Assembly (NCBI GenBank): GCA_026004875.1
Contig: BPJZ01000007.1
Location: forward strand, 48,226 to 112,225
Length of the DNA stretch: 64,000 bases
From: Candidatus Poribacteria bacterium
GTDB lineage: Bacteria; Poribacteria; WGA-4E; GCA-2687025
Direction: 5' to 3'
Shown here piece after piece: positions 57,723 through 64,000 of this stretch. The position numbers and the translations under genes were made by a program. Positions within the stretch are counted from its first letter, which is position 1. Each line of letters begins with the position of its first letter. The notes beneath the pieces are model-generated. The model saw nothing but the letters and a program-made list of their open reading frames with translations, did no database searches and had not been told where the DNA came from.

Positions 57723-58109
57723 CTAGGAGTTTCGGAGGTGTTGGCCGGTCAGGAGCTGCCGCTTCCGCTCCGCCGCCAGGTCAGCATTGACGCTTTTTGC
57801 CAGCGACATCATCCGTTCGAGGTTTCCGCCCTGGGAGGCGGCCCTCAAGGAGCGTTCCGGCGCGGCTTTAAGGGTCTCGATCAGCTCGCGAGGGGAGGGT
57901 TGCACCCCCTGAGCGATCGAGGGGCGCTCCGAGCCGGTCAGCAGCCGACGGGAGCGCTCGACTTCCGGATTACGACGGAGCTTGAGGTTAGGCTCTAGCT
58001 TCGGGGTCTCCTGGCGAACCGGTCGGAAGACCCGCCGTTGCTCCCGAAGCACCCTCGGCAGAGGCGAGGGGAACTCGATTCGCGGGGCCATTGAGAACTC
58101 CTCTCCCAC
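57723..58109 (-). CDS. hypothetical small protein, last gene of a three-ORF string downstream of flagellin 5
   Basis: 128-aa ORF directly abutting the preceding ORF. No recognisable motif. Confidence 0.3.
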   Translation of the reverse strand: MGEEFSMAPRIEFPSPLPRVLREQRRVFRPVRQETPKLEPNLKLRRNPEVERSRRLLTGSERPSIAQGVQPSPRELIETLKAAPERSLRAASQGGNLERMMSLAKSVNADLAAERKRQLLTGQHLRNS

Positions 58110-58412
58110 CTAAGGGACGGACTCCAAGAGGCTCCGAACCTGTCGCGATTGCACCCCGGCACAGGCACATTCCAGTGCTTGCTGGGGATTTTCGCGGATA
58201 AGGCGGAGCACCTCGGCAACGTCCAGCTCGACCCGGCGCCGTCGCTCGAAGGCGGCCATTCGTCGGGTGCGATCGGAGACGCTCAGCGTCGCTGTGATCG
58301 GCGGCGGCTCCGGCTCCGAGAGGACAGAGCGGTCTATCCGTGCCCCCTGCTCCGTCCGGTGGAGCAGCTGGAACCGAGGCCGGAAGAGCTTGCCATGAAT
58401 CCGAATCGCCAT
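58110..58412 (-). CDS. hypothetical small protein
   Basis: 100-aa ORF, no motif. Confidence 0.3.
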   Translation of the reverse strand: MAIRIHGKLFRPRFQLLHRTEQGARIDRSVLSEPEPPPITATLSVSDRTRRMAAFERRRRVELDVAEVLRLIRENPQQALECACAGVQSRQVRSLLESVP

Positions 58413-58451
58413 GACCGACCCTCGACGCCGGGCGCGTTTAGGGGATGCGCC

Positions 58452-58754
58452 TTATGGACTCAGAACCACCGCCGCTAGGAACCGATCAAGAGGTCCCAGC
58501 GCGGCTTGAGATTTCGCACGGCCACCCGGATGCTCTCCGGGCGGCGGGGAGACGGCTCGTTGGAGGGCGGCCAACGCCCGGAGGGCCTCTTCGGGCGTAG
58601 GCTCCTCCGCAGCCATGGGAAGACGCGCCCAGATCGTCCGCTGCTGGAGGCGTGTCGTGTCGCCCTCGCCCGCTGCAGCCCGTCGAACGAACGGGAGGCG
58701 CCGTCGCTCCCGACGCTCCCGGATTCGCTCCGGCGGAGGAAACAGGACGATCAT
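58452..58754 (-). CDS. hypothetical small Arg-rich protein
   Basis: 100-aa ORF starting 13 nt after the flagellin 5 stop. Could be non-coding. Confidence 0.25.
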   Translation of the reverse strand: MIVLFPPPERIRERRERRRLPFVRRAAAGEGDTTRLQQRTIWARLPMAAEEPTPEEALRALAALQRAVSPPPGEHPGGRAKSQAALGPLDRFLAAVVLSP

Positions 58755-58766
58755 CGGAGCCCCTCC

Positions 58767-59610
58767 TTAGCTAGCCCGTCCTAAGGTGAACTCCAAAAGC
58801 GACAGCATGCCGGCGTTCAACTGGCTCACCTGCGCCAGCGCGAAGACGTTGCTCTGCGCCAGGATGGAGGCCCGGATCAGATTGACCGTCTCTTCGGCGA
58901 AGTCCGCGTCGCGGATGGCCGACTGAGCGGTCTCCAGGTTGACCAGCTTGGAGCCGATGTCCGAGAGGGTGAACTCCAGGCGGTTCTGAACCGCGCCGAT
59001 GCGGCCCCCGTTGGAGGTTCACCGACTCGATCCCCAGGTCCAGCGAGGCCAGAGCAGCGCTGTTCGCCGAGGTGGCGATGCTGGCCGAGGTGACTCCCGC
59101 GATAAACTCACTGGCCTGAGAGGCCGGCAGCTGGACGCTGATCGTCTCGTCCACACCGGCAACACCGGTCCCGACGAAGAAGGTGAAGTTCTGCGTTGAA
59201 GCGAGCAGCTGGATGTCGTTGAACTCGGTCGTCTCGGCGATCCGGTCAATCTCCTCCAGGAGCTGAGCGGCTTCGTCTTGAATCGCGCTGCGCTCAGCAT
59301 CACTGATGCTGGTATCGGCGGCTTCGATCGCCAGCTCTTTCAGTCGAACCAAGATGTCGTCGATCTCTCCTAGAGCGCTCTCTGCCGTCTGGAGGAGGTT
59401 GTTGGCGTTGGTGGCGTTCTCGTTGGCCTGCTCCAGCGAGGCGATCAACGCCCCCAGGCCTTCGGAGACCACCAGCCCAGCAGGGTTGTCCGCAGCGCGG
59501 TTGATCCGCAATCCGGTGGACAAGCGCTCCAGTGAGGTCGCCGTCAGGCGGTTCACCTGATTTAGGCTGTTCAAAAGCAACACCGGAAGGCTGGAGTTAA
59601 TCCGGAACAT
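58767..59610 (-). pseudogene. fliC: flagellin (paralog 5, divergent) with an apparent +1 frameshift in a C5/G5 run (59005-59009); probably intact
   Basis: N-terminus MFRINSSL...LSTGLRINRAADNPAGL. After the run, the correct frame reads ...VNLQRGRIGAVQNRLEFTLSDIGSKLVNLETAQSAIRDADFAEETVNLIRASILAQSNVFALAQVSQL and stops at TAA 58767-58769. SD AAGGAGGTG. Confidence 0.8.
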
Positions 59611-59681
59611 CGGGCACCTCCTTGTTCCGGTCCTGAGGCGGTACAGCGCACCCCCTCAGAGCCGTATCGTGTCCTTGCAGC

Positions 59682-59709
59682 TAAAGTTTTCCGGCGCTCT
59701 TTCCGATAG
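59682..59709 (+). promoter_or_regulatory. orphan sigma28-type promoter-like motif on the plus strand, divergent from flagellin 5
   Basis: Plus strand reads TAAAGTTT-N12-TCCGATAG, the same architecture as the four fla promoters but pointing rightwards into an ORF-poor region. Confidence 0.4.
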
Positions 59710-59963
59710 AGCTCATGTCAGGAGGGTGCATCGTTCGGACCGTGTGGAAGACACAACGGCCCGTCCGCGTACCATGTCCGAGCAACCGTGTTGGGGAACC
59801 TGGCTGCTTGGACTTAGTATACTGTACGCAGGAAGGGTGTGCAAGTGTTTTTTGCGCACGGTCGGAAGAACCGTTCTCCTGATCCGTTCAAAGAACGAAT
59901 TCCACAATGGGAGACTCCCGCGTGAGGGTAGGAGGTTCTCCCATTTTTCGTGCACCCCTGGGC

Positions 59964-60812
59964 TTAGAGGATACTAATGGAGGGACCGATCAGGGAGAGC
60001 ATCCGGCCGGTACGCCCCCCTTCGGCCCGATGGGAATAGAACAGATCGGTCCGCTCGGCGGGGTCGAGCGAACTGATCCCGATTCGTCCCGGGGGAACCC
60101 CTCCGGCGATTAAGACCCGACGGGCGGCGGCATACAGGTCCACACGACGACCTGAAACGGTCTCGCCGCCAAACCGCCCTTGGAACTGGCGCGCGCTAGC
60201 TGGGTCCACTTCGTACCGCTCGCGATGGATTCCTGCGCCCAGGACGGCGACTAGATCGCTCGGATTCGAGCCGAAACGCACAAAGACCTCCAAGGCCGCC
60301 TCCAGAACCCCCTGGATTAGGCCCCTCCGGCCCGCGTGGATCGCGCCGTACACTCGACGGACCGGGTCGTAGAGCAACACCGGCAGGCAGTCTGCGGTCA
60401 GCACTCCTAGATAAAGCCCCTCCTCCTCGTGAGCGATCAACCCGTCGGTCGCTGGAAGCGCCTCCTCAGGGGTCAACCATCCTTGTCCTCCGTTCTTGGA
60501 AGAGACCCACCGAACGGTTGCCGAGTGGCACTGAGCGCCGATCACCAGTCGGCCCGGCGGGAGGGCGAGGGCTTCACAGAATCGTCGTCGGTTCTCCCGG
60601 ACGCACTCCCAGGAGTCCGCCACGTGGGCGCCGAGGTTGAGCGAAGCGTAGGGGCCGCGGCTTACGCCGCCCGTCCGTGTGCTGGTCACCGCCAAGGGCG
60701 GGTGTTGGAGAGGGACCGGCCAGGTATAGACGACAGCGCAAAGCTCATTCCGCCCCCGTTGCGGCCGAATTCTGACGAGCCGCGAGGCTCCATCGGTCCA
60801 TCTGCCGGGCAT
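59964..60812 (-). CDS. pgeF: peptidoglycan editing factor PgeF (YfiH/DUF152 laccase-domain protein)
   Basis: GPYASLNLGAHV...LTADCLPVLLYD...GAIHAGRRG conserved Cys/His blocks. Start at ATG 60812 overlaps the upstream amidase 3' end. Confidence 0.75.
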   Translation of the reverse strand: MPGRWTDGASRLVRIRPQRGRNELCAVVYTWPVPLQHPPLAVTSTRTGGVSRGPYASLNLGAHVADSWECVRENRRRFCEALALPPGRLVIGAQCHSATVRWVSSKNGGQGWLTPEEALPATDGLIAHEEEGLYLGVLTADCLPVLLYDPVRRVYGAIHAGRRGLIQGVLEAALEVFVRFGSNPSDLVAVLGAGIHRERYEVDPASARQFQGRFGGETVSGRRVDLYAAARRVLIAGGVPPGRIGISSLDPAERTDLFYSHRAEGGRTGRMLSLIGPSISIL

Positions 60813-61527
60813 AGGCGCGAATCCCCTGAGCGATCGCCTCAGCGATCTGCCGCTGATAGGCGCTGGAGCGCAGCCGCGCCTCCTCTTGGGAGTTGGTGAT
60901 GAAGCCGATCTCCACCAGCACCGCGGGCATCGTCGTGTAGAAGAGCACGTAGAACGGCCCTCGCCGAACGTGCCGGTCAACGCTTTCGCCGTTGTCGCGG
61001 ATCAGGCTTCCGTGCACCGCACGGGCCAGAGCCAAGGAGTAGGGCGCTAAGGCGCGCTGCCGCATATCGGCGAAGATGAAGTTTAGGCTAAAATCGTTTC
61101 CTAAGTTCTCGCGGGCGGCCAACCGTCGCGCGCGCGCGTCGCTCGCCTCGTTGTTATAAACGTAGGTCTCGATGCCGGAGGCGGCACGGTTCTCCGAAGC
61201 GTTGCAGTGGATGCTTACGAAGATCGAAGAGTTCGGATCGTGTCGATTGGCCAGCTCGGTTCGCTCCTGGAGGGTTAAATAGACGTCCTCTTCTCGGGTG
61301 AGGACGATCCGATAGCCGTCCCTTTGAAGCGCTTCGCGGAGGAATCGGGCCACTTGAAGGACGACGTCCTTTTCACGGGTGCCCCGTCGCCCCAGAGCGC
61401 CGGGGTCCTTACCGCCGTGGCCGGGGTCCACAATCACCGTTTGGAGCCGGAAGTCGGCCTCACTTCGAACGACTCCTGCGGAGAACACCGTGCCAAGTGC
61501 GATCAGGGTCAAAAGAAGGCGCTTCAC
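60745..61527 (-). CDS. N-acetylmuramoyl-L-alanine amidase (Amidase_3 family)
   Basis: Signal peptide, VIVDPGHGGKDPGA, SIHCNA and ETYVYN motifs. Confidence 0.8.
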   Translation of the reverse strand: MKRLLLTLIALGTVFSAGVVRSEADFRLQTVIVDPGHGGKDPGALGRRGTREKDVVLQVARFLREALQRDGYRIVLTREEDVYLTLQERTELANRHDPNSSIFVSIHCNASENRAASGIETYVYNNEASDARARRLAARENLGNDFSLNFIFADMRQRALAPYSLALARAVHGSLIRDNGESVDRHVRRGPFYVLFYTTMPAVLVEIGFITNSQEEARLRSSAYQRQIAEAIAQGIRAYARQMDRWSLAARQNSAATGAE

Positions 61528-62777
61528 TGGGGAGCCGCTCCCTTTGGGAGGTCCTTGGCCCGGGGACCGGGCGAGGCAGCGGCGGGCAAAGCCGGGGAGG
61601 AGAGCTGAAGCCGCCGGCGAATCTGGCGCACCGCCTGTCGAATCCGGTCCTCGTTCTCCACCAACGCAAAGCGAACAAACCCCTCGCCCCGGGCACCAAA
61701 GCCGATCCCTGGCGAGACGCAGACCGCTGCGTCCTCCAAGAGCATCTGGGCAAAGGCCATCGAACCCATCGAAACATAAGGCTCTGGAATCGGGGCCCAG
61801 ACGAACATCGTCGCGTGGGGAACCGGCACCTCCCAGCCGATCCGGCGGAGCCCCTCCACCAGGACGTCGCGCCGTCGCCGGTAGACCTCGGCGGTCTCCT
61901 TGATCACCGGCTCGTCGGTCCGGAGGGCCACGATCGAAGCGATCTGAATCGGAGCAAAGATGCCATAGTCGTAGTAGCTTTTGATCCGGGCGAGCGCCTC
62001 GATGATCCGGCGGTTACCCAGACAGAAGCCGGTTCGCCACCCGGCCATGCTGTAGCTTTTAGAGAGGGAAAAGAATTCGACCCCGACCTCCTTAGCCCCT
62101 TTGGCCTGCAAGAAGCTGGGCGCCGTGTACCCGTCGTAGACCAGATCGGCGTAGGCCAGGTCGTGCACAACAAGGATATCGTGCCGCTTGGCGTACTGAA
62201 CGATCTCCTCAAAGAAGGCCAGGTCCACCACCGCCCCGGTCGGGTTGTGGGGAAAGCTGAGGACCAACAGCTTCGGCTTAGGGTAGATATCCTGAACGAT
62301 CCGAGCCAGGTCCGGTAGGAACGATTCCGGCTCGCGCAGCGGAACGCTGATAACGCTTCCCCCCGCGATGACGACGCTGTACATGTGGATCGGATAAGAG
62401 GGGTCGGGGACCAGGGCCACGTCCCCTTCGTCGATGAGCGCCAACGCCAGATGGGCGAGCCCCTCCTTGGTGCCGATGACGGCGACCGCCTCGGTCTCAG
62501 GGTCCAGCTCCACCCCAAACCGACGCGCGTAGTACCAGCAGATCTCCCGGCGCAGGTTGTAGATCCCCTTGGACTGGGAATAGCGATGGTTCCGGGGATC
62601 GTGGGCCGCCTCGCAAAGCTTCTCAACGATATGCTCGGGCGTCGGCACGTCCGGATTGCCCATCCCAAAATCGATCACATCCACCCCTTGGCGGCGCAGC
62701 TCCAGCGTCCGGAGCCGGAGTCCTCCCAACATGTAGGGCGGCAAGCGACGCAGGCGTTTGGATTCGATATGCATCAT
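61524..62777 (-). CDS. class I/II pyridoxal-phosphate-dependent aminotransferase (LL-DAP/aspartate aminotransferase-like)
   Basis: PLP-lysine region SFSKSYSMAGWR and conserved N-terminal blocks. The C-terminal 35 aa are low complexity. Confidence 0.8.
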   Translation of the reverse strand: MMHIESKRLRRLPPYMLGGLRLRTLELRRQGVDVIDFGMGNPDVPTPEHIVEKLCEAAHDPRNHRYSQSKGIYNLRREICWYYARRFGVELDPETEAVAVIGTKEGLAHLALALIDEGDVALVPDPSYPIHMYSVVIAGGSVISVPLREPESFLPDLARIVQDIYPKPKLLVLSFPHNPTGAVVDLAFFEEIVQYAKRHDILVVHDLAYADLVYDGYTAPSFLQAKGAKEVGVEFFSLSKSYSMAGWRTGFCLGNRRIIEALARIKSYYDYGIFAPIQIASIVALRTDEPVIKETAEVYRRRRDVLVEGLRRIGWEVPVPHATMFVWAPIPEPYVSMGSMAFAQMLLEDAAVCVSPGIGFGARGEGFVRFALVENEDRIRQAVRQIRRRLQLSSPALPAAASPGPRAKDLPKGAAPQ

Positions 62778-63017
62778 GGCTTGGCAGCGTTCCGTTGGTG
62801 GAGGAAAAAGGTCACCTCGTTACTCTATAAACGCAGCGCCCGCAAAAACGTATACGGCTTTTGAGGGAATTCTTACGCCGATCCCCCCGTCGAGAAAAGG
62901 GGAACCGTTCCCCTTCACCGTTCCCTTTCTCAGAAGACCTCCAAACAAGACAAGAAAAGAGCGACGGCCATGCCGACCGCCGCCCTCCTCATCCGGTCGC
63001 CTCCAAACCGAAATCGG

Positions 63018-63668
63018 TCAGGGGTTTATCGTGACCTGAGCCGTCTTCCCCGCCTCTACGGTCACTGGAAAGCGCTTCTCCAGCTGGGGCTTCTTCAGCT
63101 TTTCACTCCAAACGCGCAACGCATACTCCCCCGGCGGCACGTTTTTGATCACAAACGGCACGCGAGGCGACTTGGGCGGCCCCATCCGTTCCACCATCTT
63201 CGGGTCCGGGACGACCACAAAGTACGGGTTTTGCAGCGAGAGAATGTAGGCGCTCATCTCCGGATGCACGTCGCAGAGGATCGTGATGATCCCCGGCCGC
63301 TCGATCGTTCTCCGAATCGGCTGGAAGTTGGGAGGCGTCGCCAAATTGAAAAGCGTCTCCCGCCCCAGATAAGCGTGAACGTTATGGAAGACCTGATCGC
63401 TGTTGCGAATCTCGACCTCCCACCCGGTCACGACGGGGAGCAGATGGGGCACAAACTCCATCTTGATCTGATCCAAGACCGGCGCCTGTTCCGGCATCGG
63501 ATAAGGACCCTCGGAGGCCCGCTCAACGTAAACGACAAACGAACCTCCTCGCGTCAACCAGGGGTTGATGAGCACGCCCTGAATGGTGCCGACCTCTGGG
63601 GAGGCCTCTCCCCAAGCGGCCAACGCCAGGCCAAGAAACGCCGTCGTCGCGATCAACCGCCGCCACAT
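63018..63668 (-). CDS. hypothetical secreted protein
   Basis: Signal peptide MWRRLIATTAFLGLALAAWG, then a beta-rich domain. Start chosen at ATG 63668. Confidence 0.5.
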   Translation of the reverse strand: MWRRLIATTAFLGLALAAWGEASPEVGTIQGVLINPWLTRGGSFVVYVERASEGPYPMPEQAPVLDQIKMEFVPHLLPVVTGWEVEIRNSDQVFHNVHAYLGRETLFNLATPPNFQPIRRTIERPGIITILCDVHPEMSAYILSLQNPYFVVVPDPKMVERMGPPKSPRVPFVIKNVPPGEYALRVWSEKLKKPQLEKRFPVTVEAGKTAQVTINP

Positions 63669-63696
63669 CGGATTTTCTCCTCTCTCCTCAAGCCGA

Positions 63697-64000
63697 CTAG
63701 AACGCAATATCGAACCGGGCCAGGCCGTAGTTCTCTTCGCTCCTCTCCTCCAAGAAGAGCACCGCCTCCAGGTTGAAGGCTGCATTTGCTCGCAGCCCTA
63801 GCCGGACCCCCGGAACGACCCGCTGAACGGTCCGCTCCGGTTCGTCTCCCACAGCCTGAAATCGGGCCCCTTCGTACCGCGCCGTCAGAATCGCCCAGGG
63901 AAAGACGATCCAATCGGCCCCGACGCTCCAGGCTGTAAATTTCAAATCGTCGCTCTCTTCGTGGAGATCGTCCTGACCGTAAAGGACGATTCCGTACAGG
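63697..64000 (-). CDS. 3' portion of a gene running off the window end; possible outer-membrane beta-barrel protein
   Basis: The frame is open to the window edge. The C-terminus ends ...LARFDIAF, with a terminal aromatic residue as in OM beta-barrels. Confidence 0.3.
   Translation of the reverse strand, partial: LYGIVLYGQDDLHEESDDLKFTAWSVGADWIVFPWAILTARYEGARFQAVGDEPERTVQRVVPGVRLGLRANAAFNLEAVLFLEERSEENYGLARFDIAF

Noticed and set aside
59774-59977. 67-codon plus-strand ORF with one hydrophobic segment downstream of the orphan sigma28 motif
   Set aside because: Its codons are rich in A/T-ending triplets, atypical for this genome, and it has no SD. It is treated as non-coding and reported as part of the candidate sRNA region instead.
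1-64000. Searched for CRISPR arrays, tRNA genes, rRNA, IS elements and integrases
   Set aside because: No regularly spaced short direct repeats, no cloverleaf-like tRNA candidates in the intergenic gaps inspected, and no transposase- or integrase-like ORFs.

Overview
High-GC bacterial chromosomal segment, compactly organised, with about 60 protein genes on both strands and one tmRNA gene. Most of it is housekeeping: argH, pyrF, galU, purC, panD, gpmA, trmB, a class-A PBP, a ClC channel, a CbpA-like J-protein, a K+ channel, an ABC ATPase and a Cys-type sulfatase. Several carbohydrate-active and oxidoreductase genes are interspersed (GH3, a DUF4038-like hydrolase, two Gfo/Idh/MocA enzymes, an FAD oxidoreductase, a GDPD). 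The standout locus is a tandem array of four flagellin paralogs at 27.1-32.1 kb, all on the minus strand. Each has its own sigma28-type promoter (TAAAG..N11-12..TCCGATAG) and an unusually long 5' leader of about 135-375 nt. Two of the copies are near-identical over about 1 kb. A fifth, divergent flagellin lies at 58.8-59.6 kb; a sigma28-like motif beside it points away from the gene into a short ORF-poor region. tmRNA (ssrA, tag ANEELALAA) sits at 41636-41997 behind a perfect TATAAT. Three genes carry an apparent +1 frameshift inside a G/C homopolymer run: a 2-hydroxyacid dehydrogenase, the fifth flagellin and a formylglycine-generating enzyme. Removing one base restores a textbook protein in every case, so these look like homopolymer sequencing errors rather than true pseudogenes. 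Other notable genes are a bacterial Clp1-like P-loop polynucleotide kinase next to galU, a 1250-aa HEAT-repeat lipoprotein, and a small Cys-rich protein directly downstream of tmRNA. No CRISPR array, rRNA, tRNA or obvious mobile element was seen.
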